A DNA stretch of 64,000 bases from Podarcis melisellensis (Eukaryota). The position numbers were made by a program, and so were the translations under genes. The DNA lies in NCBI GenBank assembly GCA_964234715.1, contig OZ174278.1, one strand, 5' to 3'. How positions within the stretch are numbered: position 1 is the stretch's first letter; every line of letters starts with the position of its first letter. Positions 26,129-37,491 of this stretch are shown one piece after another. Below the pieces are notes generated by a model. The model was not told where the DNA came from. It saw only the letters and a program-made list of their open reading frames with translations, and ran no database searches.

Positions 26129-26679
26129 AACGGACATTTAACTACCATGATAAAATAGGACAGCATCAGATTGAAAACCCAACAAGTTGTGATTACTGTG
26201 TCAGGCACTTTTCCACTGGTTGAAAAACTAGAGATAGAGCATATGTTATAATCATTCATGCATTATTCTGTAGAATGAAAAGAAAATAGATCTATTTTAG
26301 CAGTGTCTTTCAGCATCCTAGATAAAGGAGGAGGAGAAAAGAGGAAATAGTTAATATTGCCTTCTGCTTCTGAGATCATTTTTATTAATGAAACAATGGG
26401 AAGTTAAGCGATCGTTCTTCCATGACACCCACATCGGTGGATGTAACTATTTACTACTTAGCTGAGTCAGAGGTTATATGAAAGACGCTTGATTCCATAT
26501 TGTGATTCCATCCTTATTGTGTGAAACAAGAATTAAAGTATTAATCAGCAGGTTTCTTTTTTTAAAAAAGTTTTTGATATCCAGTAAGACAGAATGAAGT
26601 TTCAGCAACTAAATGTAAATGGAGTTGTAGGTATCACAATTTATTCTGGACTCAGGCCTTTCTGAATCTGACTCTGTGG

Positions 26680-26827
26680 CAGAGACGCCAACTCCTAGGG
26701 GTGTGGTTCATCTCCCCCCCCCCCAATAAAATATTTGAGGGGACTGGGGCCCCTCAAAGTTGATGGACATTGCCATTCAAATGGTGTGCATGCACCACAT
26801 CTTGTGACTGATTATGCGGGACAGAGC

Positions 26828-26829
<2 letters not shown>
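26680..26829 (+). mobile_element. Short hAT-like MITE, 'GCCAACTCCTAGGGG' family, right end lost
   Basis: Homologous to 35987-36172, 54573-54736 and 60380-60573. Confidence 0.7.

Positions 26830-26876
<47 letters not shown>
26830..26876. repeat. (ATT)n microsatellite
   Basis: Seen directly; a degenerate continuation runs to about 26922. Confidence 0.95.
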
Positions 26877-26880
<4 letters not shown>

Positions 26881-26979
26881 TACCATAACGATTATAATCG
26901 TTATTATTATCATCGTTATTATCTGACATGCACAGGATTGCTTTCTTAGGCTATAATCCGGTGCACACTTTCCTGAGAG

Positions 26980-27404
26980 TAGGAATGGGTAAACCTGGCA
27001 ATTTTGACTTATCTCTCTTATTTTCCAAGATCAAATTCAGTTCCCCATTTGTTTTTGCCTTCAAACAAACAAACAAACAAACAAACAAACAAAACCTCAT
27101 GAATATTCCTCTGCATTTTTGTGCGAATTTCCCCCCAATAAACACATATTTGCATGCTATTTTACCTAATAGACACTTTTTTTACAACACAGTTCCCCCC
27201 TAATATAGTGCATTTTTATGTCATTTTCAACAAATATGGACCCTTTGTGAATTTTTGTCCCAATTACTTGGCTGGAGAACTGCACTGCAAAATTCAGAGA
27301 AATGTGACTGGGTGTATTTTGGCATACGCATTGTCTTGCAAAATGTGAATTAAGAAGACTCACGTTTAAATGCGAACTGAATCATATTCCCTTATCTCTT
27401 CCCT
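26980..27404 (-). mobile_element. AT-rich hAT-like element (same family as 22045-22490)
   Basis: Starts TAGGAATGGG; 8-bp TSD CCTGA[G/A]AG at 26972-26979 and 27405-27412. Confidence 0.7.
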
Positions 27405-27701
27405 CCTGAAAGTAAACCCAACTGAATACAATGGGCCTTACCTCTAAGTCATGCATAGAATTGCGCTGTTACCATACCATACCACTAAAGGACTCTAAAT
27501 TCTGTGTTATCCAGGTATGTTTCCAATGTGCAATGGCAACAGAGTGTCCATAAGAACAAAAACAAGTATTATCTTCAAACACTTTGTAGATTGATGTTCA
27601 GTTCAACCTGAGATGCTAACATCTAACTGGTTTATTTATTTCTCTTATGGGAGGGGGTGATTTCCTGAGATCTTTGGATGAAGGGCAGTATATAAATTTA
27701 A

Positions 27702-27731
27702 ATGCTGCTGCCACTGCTGCTGCTGCTGCTG

Positions 27732-27778
<47 letters not shown>
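27702..27778. repeat. Compound (GCT)n + (AAT)n microsatellite; the AAT part is likely the tail of a minus-strand L2/SINE end at 27779-27820
   Basis: Seen directly; followed by ATATCCCACCTTTTTCCCTGACAGGACTCAAGGTGGCTT. Confidence 0.85.
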
Positions 27779-27779
<1 letters not shown>

Positions 27780-28617
27780 TATCCCACCTTTTTCCCTGAC
27801 AGGACTCAAGGTGGCTTCTCAACCTTGACTCGCTTTTATTACGCATGTGCAGATTCATATCTACAGTAGAGGTGTGTGTGGGGGGGTGTATCTATCTCTC
27901 TATCGCTCTATCTACCACCTATCTATCTATATCTATCTTCATTATATAACAGGGTTGCCAACTGAGTTGAAAAAACCTGCCCTGCTGTTGTGCCTTTAAC
28001 ATCAGCTTCATCTGCAGAAAGTGGTTGATGAAGCTTTTAGCTACATAGAGATTTATCATTATTATCTGCTATCTGCACCTCAAATTTAAAAGCAGTGAAG
28101 CAGAGGATAGTTGGAAACTTGGCAGTTCTAATATATAATTCTTTATTTTCACAACATATGTTTCTAAAGGTTGTCTTGGCAAGCTTGCATCTTATTTACC
28201 AACACAATTCCTTGAAAACTTTTTTTTTAAAAGATGGCTAAGGCTATAACATAATTTGGAAATGTTCAGTTTCCTTATTTGATAGTTGCCCTATAGAACC
28301 TCAGCTATTAAAGTGTGCAGTTTTTGAAAAAGTTTATTACTGGCAAGGAGAAAAAAGTCGCAGTCCTGAGTGAGATTATCTCAAGAGCATCAACCAATCC
28401 GATGCAAAACAAATTAAGGAATGAGGTTTGCATTTCTGTATCAAAACTACACCTGAGCAATCCTGCTCTAGTTGCTCAGAGACTTAGGTGATGCGGCCTG
28501 CCTAAGTGCCTAGACAAATAGAGAGAAATCTTTGCTGTGATTACGACGATTACCTTTTTCCACCGCGACTGATTCAATGGAAATAAAATCAGAGCTATTT
28601 TGTAGCCTATATGTATA

Positions 28618-28620
<3 letters not shown>

Positions 28621-28653
<33 letters not shown>
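28621..28653. repeat. (GT)n microsatellite
   Basis: Seen directly. Confidence 0.95.
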
Positions 28654-28657
<4 letters not shown>

Positions 28658-29775
28658 CACACAATCCAGCCGACTGCTGTAGTATTGTTTTTGATAGGGG
28701 GGAAGGCCTATTGTCTAATGGCACTTTAAAACAGTATTTTTTCATTATTTGAACAGTTGCATTTACCCGAGAAGTGAAAATTACACACGTTCCCCTCATA
28801 TAGATGCTGAAAGGGAAGAACGTGGATCAGTTTATAAACCTGCCAGCCTGGAAATACTGTGCAACCACCACACTCTGCTTTTACCGATTTACTCTTCTGC
28901 AAGACCAAAAGGCATGATTATAGGGCAAGACAGGGAAGTGGGGGGGGGGGAGAATATATCAAAGCATTTGAAAGCAATGGGATTTGAGACATTAACTGTA
29001 ACACAGCACACCCATAACACAATTTATTTGCTCTTTTCTGAAATGAGATGTAAACACTGGACACATTATGCTGCTTTAGTCCTAAATAGATAGCGCCTGA
29101 ATGAAGATGTTGATTTTTTGCCTTGCTGTTTCCCCTTTAAATTTCCATTTTACGAGATTGTTAACCATAAGCACAGCCCAACGGCTCAAGTGCATTTCTG
29201 CCTACTTAGACCAGTGCAAGCTTATGCTGATGTGTCAGTCAGATGATCACTCTCAACTGAATTTTATTTGGAATCTATCTTCTCCCCACCCTCTCTTTCA
29301 AAGAAGGGGGGAAGCGAGTCACCAGTGTGATATGGGATAGTGTAATCCACCTGCTAGATTACTGAGCGGATTCACACATTCAGGTTCAGTAGCCCTTGAT
29401 ATCTCATCTGCAGATAAACGTGTGAACTACCTGAGTTGCTAAGTACTGTGCATAAAGTGATAAAGTGAGCTTATATGAAATCCCCTTCTGCAGCATGGGA
29501 GTAATAATCTTGTTGTGGGAGTCGCTGGTTTAAAAACAATAATCAATCATAAAACTGCTTGAGCACTTTAAAAGTGCCTTCTAATTGAGAAATATAATAG
29601 GTGCCATCTCTGCCATCTTTCTGGCACTTATTGAAGAACTTCCCCTTTCTACAAGACTTTTAAGCAGGGAGCTTTCCCTATCTGCATCTGTATTAGTTTT
29701 TGTATTGTTTTTAACATCTTTTTATTGTTTTATCACTTGTTTGCGCCCCTTGGATGCTTTGGGAGGAGGAGCAAG

Positions 29776-29808
<33 letters not shown>

Positions 29809-29900
29809 TCATTGTGGTCCTAGATTCGTTTCTTCCTCCCCTCTTCTAAAAGTCAGGTAGTTGTTTATTTCCTCGACACCTGACGGGGAATAGTTGCAGT

Positions 29901-30216
29901 CACCTTCAAAGGTAGCTCCAAGTAGAGCACATTGCAGTAGTCCAAGCGGGAGATAACCAAACTTGTACCACTCTGGTAAGACAGTGTGCCGGCAGGTAGG
30001 GTCTTAGCCGGCCTACCAGATGGAGCTGGTACACAGCTACCCTGGACGCAGAATTAACCTGCAGTTCCATGGACAGATGAGAGTCCAAAATGACTCCCGG
30101 GCTGCACACCTGCTCCTTCAGGGGCACAATTACCCCATTCAGGACCAGGGAGTCCCCCACACCTGCCCATCCCCTATCCCCCCAAAACAGTACTTCTGTC
30201 TTGTCAGGATTCAGCC
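29901..30216 (-). mobile_element. L2-clade LINE ORF2 internal fragment
   Basis: The minus strand encodes LVLNGVIVPLKEQVCSPGVILDSHLSMELQV...LRPYL and, after a frameshift, ISRLDYCNVLYLELPLKV. Confidence 0.85.
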
Positions 30217-30500
30217 AGGTGGCGTGGTGCCTACCGGTGCCCGACTACTGCATTACTCTCAGGAGACACACATGGCTGGGGCCCACAGCAGGCCCCACAG
30301 TAAGTGCAACCCCCTGGGTGAGTGGCACCCAGTGAGCACCACCCCCGCCCCCTAGCTAAGCTGTGTGTGTTAAAAATTTTTTATGGGCGAGGAATCCACC
30401 TTTCCACCTGGGGCTGTCTTTTTTCAAAAAACAAAGCAAAGCCAAACTTTTTTTCTTTATGCAAGCTGCTAGGAACTGACAAATTGACCAGCCGGGGAAT

Positions 30501-30643
30501 AGGCAGCCCTGTTCAGGGAAGTTTTTAATGTGTGACATTTTAATGTAATTTTAAACTTTGTTGGAAGCCCCCCAGAGTGGCTGGGGAAACCCAGCCAGAT
30601 GGGTGGGGTACAAATAATAAATTATTATTATAATTATTATTAT
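30501..30643 (+). mobile_element. L2-clade LINE 3' end
   Basis: GGCAGCCCTGTTCAGGGAAGTTTTTAATG...CCCAGAGTGGCTGGGGAAACCCAGCCAGATGGG plus an ATT tail. Confidence 0.85.
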
Positions 30644-30904
30644 AACAGTTCCCCTATGGAAAGTTTTCCTGCATGCCGCGACAACAAAATGTCACTGCCA
30701 GGGCCATAGCTAGGGGGTGGTGAGGAAGGCCCCCGCCAGGGGCGCGGGCGAGGGGCGGTGGCGCAAAATTGGCTAAAAAATATGTCCATATATATGTCTA
30801 TAAATAAAAATATCAATTAATGTGTGAGGAATTGAAGTGTGTGAGGAATTGAATGGGTGGAAGGGAGTTATTGGAGGAGAGGCGGAAAGAAGAGCTATTT
30901 TGTC

Positions 30905-31276
30905 AATAATAATAATAATAATAATAATAATTTATTATTTATACCCCGCCCACCTGGCTGGGCTTCCCCAGCCACTCTGGATGGCTTCAAAATATATATA
31001 TATATATTAAAATACTGTAATACATCAAACATTAAAAGCTTCCCTAAACAGGGCTGCCTTCAGATGTCTTCTAAAAGTCTGGTAGTTGTTCTCTTTGACA
31101 TCTGGTGGGAGGGCGTTCCACAGGGAGGTCACCACTACCGAGAAGGCCCTCTGCCTGATTCCCTGTAACTTGGCTTCTCGCAGTGAGGGAACTGCCAGAA
31201 GGCCCTTGGTCTTGGACCTCGGTGTCTGGGTAGAACGATGGGGGTAGAGACGCTCCTTCAGATATACTGGACCGGC
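30905..31276 (-). mobile_element. L2-clade LINE 3' end with (ATT)n tail
   Basis: ORF 31025-31288(-) reads GPVYLKERLYP...RAFSVVVTSLWNALPPDVKENNYQTFRRHLKAALFREAF. Confidence 0.9.
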
Positions 31277-32411
31277 TAGGGAGTGCAATCTGGTCGGTTC
31301 TGCCAGGAGTGCAAGATCACCTAGCTATGACTCTGATCACTGCCCCTGTCTCTGTCTCTCCCCAGCAGTCAGTTAGCATTCCATGACTCCTGAGCATTCT
31401 CAGATATCATTGGACAGTTTTTGGTTCCCTGCCCCCTCCCCGCCCCCCACACTTGCAAACCTCCAAACAGGGCTTCAAAATTGGCTCCACCTGTGTGCTT
31501 TTCCTGCGCTGACCTCACGGCTGCCTCCCCTCCCCCTCTGCTTCCTAATAATCAGAAGCAACCAACTGGAGGTCAGGTGGCCATGCCAACTGCTATTGTC
31601 TGTTTACGGAAGGTAGAATCCAAGCCCCTCCCCACAAAATAACTAAAAGCATTTCTATTTGCTTACAATTTTTTTTTAAAAAAAAAATCCTACTGTAAAA
31701 ATAGAATTTTACCCTCCCTGAGAATTTGCATCAGGTAAGTGTGTTCCTTCCCTCGCCTCCCCATTGTCCCCTTCTGCTGAACACATTCCTTGCGTCAAAT
31801 GCCCATGCAGATATTTACATAGTTAATCCAGCACCGCGCAGTCTTCGGCTTGCAAGGTTCACATGGCAAAGAAGTGACCCCAAAGAAATGCACGTCTGCC
31901 TCATTTGGTTGTTAACGCCATCCATTTCCACAATTGTGCTGTGCAGAAGCATAATACTAATAATTTGGGCGAATTGAAAAACAGCTAACTGAGACTCATT
32001 TGCAGACATGCAGTTGGATGTGGGGGAATTTATCATTTGGGGGGCAAGACTCTGCTATTGATGCCTAGGAAGCCGCCGCCGAGAGACGTATCTTGTTCCT
32101 CCTTCCATTTATTAACTTTGTTTTGTTCACCTGAGCCGAGTACTGTGTTAGACTCTGAAAAACCACAGCTGTACAGGTAGCTACAGAAGAGTGAATGAGA
32201 GAATCTCTCCCCCTATCCACCTCCCCAGGCAGGTTCTGCTCCCTGCAGAAATGATTTGTACCTCTGGCTGATTGTCACCAACAGAAAATGAAAAATAGGA
32301 ACATTCAATGCAAAGTAATGTGTTCTGTACAATTACTGGATTAATAATTTTATTCCATTACTATGTGGGGACATCAGGTTGAAGATCTGCAATTCTGGTA
32401 TATTTCTAAGC

Positions 32412-32583
32412 NNNNNNNNNNNNNNNNNNNNNNNNNNNNNNNNNNNNNNNNNNNNNNNNNNNNNNNNNNNNNNNNNNNNNNNNNNNNNNNNNNNNNNNNN
32501 NNNNNNNNNNNNNNNNNNNNNNNNNNNNNNNNNNNNNNNNNNNNNNNNNNNNNNNNNNNNNNNNNNNNNNNNNNNNNNNNNNN
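32412..32583. other. Assembly gap
   Basis: Run of N. Confidence 1.
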
Positions 32584-34127
32584 TAAATAACAGGCTTGGG
32601 TTTCCAGTAACGACAGGGGGGGTGGGGGAGCCTGAAAATGACATTTTGAATTTTCCTGTAAATATTTTTCTGTTAAAAAGGCATTATTACATGATCAAAA
32701 CTCTTACATTTAATCTGGGACAGATAATGTAAACAGATTAACATTTTAAAAGGCTAAGGTGGCGGCAGTAATTATTCATAATGTTATTTATCCCTGTCCA
32801 AACTCACCCTGTACAATTGTATCCTTGTTCCATCGTGGTTAGGTTTTTGATATGATTTTAACTGTAGAATACACTGAACTAAATCTTTTTTCTTTCTTTT
32901 TTCTTTTTTTAAACCTGAGCATTAAGTAAGGCTGTATGGTCTCACTTTCTTTCCTCCATGAGACACTGTTTGTGATGATATTTATCTCCAAACTGTATTC
33001 CTGCAAAGTAGGCAGAAACAAATGAATCAAAGATGCACTTTAATGTGGATGCACAATATTGTCTTATACTTCTCAGATCAGCAAAGATTAAAGTGTGCTT
33101 GGCTTGTGTGCATATGTGTGTTTGTGCGTAAACATACTTATATACATACATATATAATGAAATATAAATTTATTATTCACTCTAAGCCAAGACACATTCA
33201 TTTAAAATATTAAACATCATATATGTAAACATGCCACATGCTCTAAAGGTCCTTTGCAATTTGTGTGGATATGTGTGTGTCCATTTATTTCTAATGTAAG
33301 GAGGAAAACTAATTTCTAGTGCAACCCAGGAGAGCTCTGCATTTCATTTTGTATTCTGTGGATGCAGATTAATCAACCTGACTCCGTTACCCAGGGCTAG
33401 CCATTCCGTCTAGAAATCTGCATATCTGCATATTACTGTTCTTCCCTGAATTTAATTTCCTACAGGAGCTGATATTAATCACTCTGTTTAAACAGAGGGG
33501 ATTTGGAGTCTATACAAATACGACATTTTTTTGTGGAACCTTTTTCCCTGCTATATATATTTTTTATTATTTAAAGAGACAATTGCTTAGTATGCTATAT
33601 CTAACTATAGTAGATTTATTCTTTACTTAATAGATCTGGTGCCTACTTGCTTACACTTGAATAATTAAAACATAATGCCGCAATAAAAATGGCACTGATG
33701 CCTTTATGGGTAGCTCAGTTATATTCTGGTTGCCAGTTACATGCATCTAAAGTGAAAGTTAGCAAACAATACACACCGCCTACAGAATCCTCAACTGACA
33801 TAATGTGTACATGCTTTGCACTCTAGAGTTTGTATCAAAGGCAAAATGTGAAGCTAATCTGAGGGTTCAATTCCATCCCCACACAACTCAAGAGGACTTA
33901 CTTCTGTGTAACATGTATATAGGGTTGCACTGTAGGAGGTACTTTTACGAAATGTTGTATGGCTCTTGACTTTTATTTGTGCCCCTCATTAGGTGTGTGT
34001 GGAGAGAGTGCTTTCATTTTGGAAAGACCCCAGGGGAAAGGACCCTTCTTCATAATTTCTCCCTGCAGAATCCCTGTCAATGAAGGTCATTCCCCAGGGG
34101 GAATTAGCCTGGCCTCAGCTCAGGCAT

Positions 34128-34681
34128 GTTGTTGTTGTTTAGTCGTGTCCGACTCTTCGTGACCCCATGGACCAGAGCACGCCAGGTACTCCTGTCTTCC
34201 ACTGCCTCCCGCAGTTTGGTCAAACTCATGCTGGTAGCTTCGAGAACACTGTCCAACCATCTCATCCTCTGTCGTCCCCTTCTCTTTGTGCCATCAATCT
34301 TCCCAACATCAGGGTCTTTTCCAGGGAGCCTTCTCTTCTCATGAGGTGACCAAAGTATTGGAGCCTCAGCTTCAGGAGCTGTCCTTCCAGTGAGCACTCA
34401 GGGCTGATTTCCTTAAGAATGGATGGGTTTGATCTTCTTGCAGTCCATGGGACTCTCAAGAGTCTCCTCCAGCATTCAAAAGCATCAATTCTTCAGTGAT
34501 CAGCCTTCTTTCTGGTCCAACTCTCACTTCCATACATCACTACAGGGAAAACCATAGCTTTAACTATACGGACCTTTGTCGGCAAGGTGATGTCTCTGCT
34601 TTTTAAGATGCTGTCTAGGTTCGTCATTGCTTTTCTCCCAAGAAGCAGGCGTCTTTTAATTTTGTGACTGCTGGCACCATC
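34128..34681 (-). mobile_element. Bov-B LINE, 5'-truncated and frameshifted
   Basis: Encodes RVPWTARRSNPSILKEISPECSLEG...RGRQRMRWLDSVLEATSMSLTKLREAVEDR; CAA tail; TSD CAGCTCAGGC at 34116-34125 and 34682-34691. Confidence 0.95.
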
Positions 34682-35337
34682 CAGCTCAGGCGTAGTTCCA
34701 TTTATTCCAAACTCTGCTCATCCTGGCAGATCCTGCATTCGGATTGCTCCCTAACACAGCATTCCAAATTATAGATAGCCAGCATAAGTTATAACTAGGT
34801 AAATTACTCCCATGTAACATATTCCTATTCCAAACATTATTCAGTATAAGGGCTGAGCTGGACTGAGCATAGCAGAGGGGAAACAAGCCTTTAAAAAAGA
34901 GTTGTGGGATCCTGTGACAGAGCTATACAGAGTTTGGAATAGGGGGAACTCTCCCCATGCTCTCCTCCCTCACAGAATGCCCCTCTTTTGGTAGTTATCC
35001 CAGATTTGGCTGTGCTCAGATGGAGAACATACACTAGTTCAGATGGTATCTCCAACTGAGCCAAGATGAGTGACTCAGCCGTCTATTCCTAATGTGCTAT
35101 GCTTCTACATTATTATTATTTTTTGCTGCTGCATATAAATTAGGATAGTTGATTGCTTATTTTATTAATGTTATTACTATATTAAAATTGTTTTCAACTT
35201 TCTTATAGGGACAACATACCCTGAAAGGCATGTTAAAAAACAACAACAAACAACCCCTTTTAAATTAATATATAAACAAACAAACAAATTACAAAGGAGG
35301 CTAATTTGCACTCCGCAAGGTGTGTACGAGAAAAGTA

Positions 35338-35449
35338 CAGTGGTACCTCGGGTTAAGAACTTAATTCGTTCCGGAGGTCCATTCTTAACCTGAAACTGTT
35401 CTTAACCTGAGGTACCACTTTAGCTAATCTGTAACCCGAGGTACCACTG
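35338..35449 (-). mobile_element. Tigger-like MITE, internally deleted
   Basis: TIRs CAGTGGTACCTCGGGTTA / TAACCCGAGGTACCACTG with TA TSD. Confidence 0.9.
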
Positions 35450-35986
35450 TAAACATAAACCACACTCTAGAACTAGCTAGTCTAACAATCAACGGGATGA
35501 GTTTGTTGCAATTAACTTAATTTCCATTGGGTTGGAGATAGAATACTGGACGCTTTACTAGACGCTTTACTAGAAAGAGAAATGATTTTTCTCCCCTCTG
35601 GAGGTTGAACTGTAAGGCTCCAACCAAACACATGCAGTACCATTTATACACTGGAGTCTGTCTTGTGGAAACAGGCTGTGTTCCAAATTGCAACGTGGTC
35701 CCACCGGAGGACTTTTCACTGATGCAAATGGCCTGCGTGAATGTCCCTAGAGAAGCCACCCATTCCTTTTACGTAATAGCGATGCACCCAGGTAAAAGGT
35801 TCCTTTGAGTCCTATAGCAGATCCCCTCTGTATGCAGCTGTGTTAGCAGTGTTCAGGAAGGAAGGAGGGATTGTGCACTAATTCTGAAAGAATGCAGTTC
35901 GAAAGCAGTTTCCTGCACAGCGTGGGGGGGGGGAGATTGCGTTGCTTTTCCATGATTCTTTGGAACCTGGATGTGGTACTAGGATC

Positions 35987-36172
35987 CATAGGAGCCAACT
36001 CCTAGGGGCCATGGTTCCCCCCTCCAATAAAATAATTGAAGTGGCCACCCCCCAAAAAAGATGATGGGCATTGCCATTCAAATGATGTGTGCACACTACA
36101 TCATGTGATTGATTATGCAGGGCATTGTTTACCTGGTCCCCCCACAATATTTTATTCAAGTTGGCACTCCTG
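35987..36172 (+). mobile_element. Short hAT-like MITE, 'GCCAACTCCTAGGGG' family
   Basis: Ends CATAGGAGCCAACT / AGTTGGCACTCCTG; homologous to 54573-54736. Confidence 0.75.
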
Positions 36173-36240
36173 CCAACTTAACTATGTGTAAGGTTTTGGG
36201 GGGTTTTTTTTAGGGAAGGGGGGTTGTAGCATTACCTCTT

Positions 36241-36996
36241 TGTCAGGGGCTCAGGAGCAGAGGCACAGGAGACGGAGGAAATGGAGAGCGAGGGGGAGGA
36301 ATCCGAAGGGAGCGTAAGCGATGACAGTGGTCCGAGGTCCCTGAGTCTTTCCAGCGAATCGGAAGATTCACAGAAGGGGGCGCCCATGGTCAGAGCAAGG
36401 GGGTGCCTAGGGGGACACCCCAGGAAGAAGGGGCCAGAGGGGACTCAGAGAGCAGCAGTTGGAAATCAGGACCAGCTTCCCCACCAGAGCGCAGTGGGGG
36501 GGAGGAGTCCCAGGTATCGGGATCAGGCTGCTCACCACCAGCGGGAGGAGATGAGTCAGGATTGACCACGCCTCCATCGGAGAGCGCGGAAATGGTCAAG
36601 AGGAAAGTTGGAGGCTGGGCGCGTGCGCCAAATTCAAATGTACAGGCGAGCGGCACAGCAGGTAGCCCAGGTAGGGAGCCAGGTCCTAAAGCCCGCCGAA
36701 AGGAGGGACAAGAGTCAGGGGGGTCAGCGTCAGAAGAGTCCAGAAAGGAGGAGACCCCGGGGGGCAGAAGGACCCAGAGGAGGAAAGAGCAACGGAAGAG
36801 GTGGAGTAAGGCTAGAGTCTTAAACTGGTGTACAGGGGGTGGAGACTCAGACGGAGCTTCGTCGATCTAGGTTCTAAGACGTAGAGCTGCACGCTGCGGC
36901 TTGGAAATGGAAACTGGACTTCAATAAAGACTTTTGTACATTATTACTGACTAGCGTTGGTCCTCTGTGAGCTGGGACCTAGAGGCAGCTCTGACA
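36241..36996 (+). mobile_element. Solo LTR (Gypsy-like or other 5-bp-TSD LTR element), 756 bp
   Basis: TGTCAG...CTGACA inverted termini, perfect 5-bp TSD CTCTT (36236-36240, 36997-37001), AATAAA at 36923-36928, and a sharp GC/CpG-rich island relative to the flanks. Confidence 0.88.
36281..36870 (+). CDS. Putative LTR-internal ORF (~196 aa if one G is restored at 36399-36403); low-complexity S/E/G-rich with a basic C-terminus; function unknown
   Basis: ATG at 36281 (context GAAATGG). The two overlapping ORFs 36281-36565 and 36403-36870 join at a G run, and the stop lies 52 nt upstream of AATAAA. Confidence 0.4.
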
Positions 36997-37038
36997 CTCT
37001 TATTTGTAAGTAGTGTTGAAAATCATGAGATTGAAATA

Positions 37039-37253
37039 TAGTGGTACTTCGGGTTACAGACGCTTCAGGTTACAGACTCTGCTAACCGAAAAATTGTACC
37101 TCGGGTTAAGAACTTTGCTTCAGGATGAGAACAGAAATCGTGTGACAGCAGCGGGAGGCCACATTAGCTAAAGTGGTACCTCAGGTTGAGAACAGTTTCA
37201 GGTTAAGAACGGACCTCCAGAACGAATTAAGTTCTTAACCCGAGGTACCACTG
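37039..37253 (+). mobile_element. Tigger-like MITE, near full length
   Basis: Homologous to 13555-13779 and flanked by TA. Confidence 0.9.
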
Positions 37254-37355
37254 TATGAGGTTTAAACCTTCAAAATAAGCAAAGAAATAAATATAATCAA
37301 GCCATCTCCTACCAACATCTCACCGTCCAGGGTTCTATTTTTGGTCATGCTAAAG

Positions 37356-37491
37356 CAGGCATCCCCAACCTTCGGCCCTCCAGATGTTTTGGACTACAAT
37401 TCCCATCATCCCTGACCACTGGTCCTGTTAGCTAGGGATCATGGGAGTTGTAGGCCAGAACATCTGGAGGGCTGAAGGTTGGGGATGCCTG
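37356..37491. mobile_element. hAT palindromic MITE
   Basis: TIRs CAGGCATCCCCAACCTTC / GAAGGTTGGGGATGCCTG with 8-bp TSD TG[C/T]TAAAG. Confidence 0.92.
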
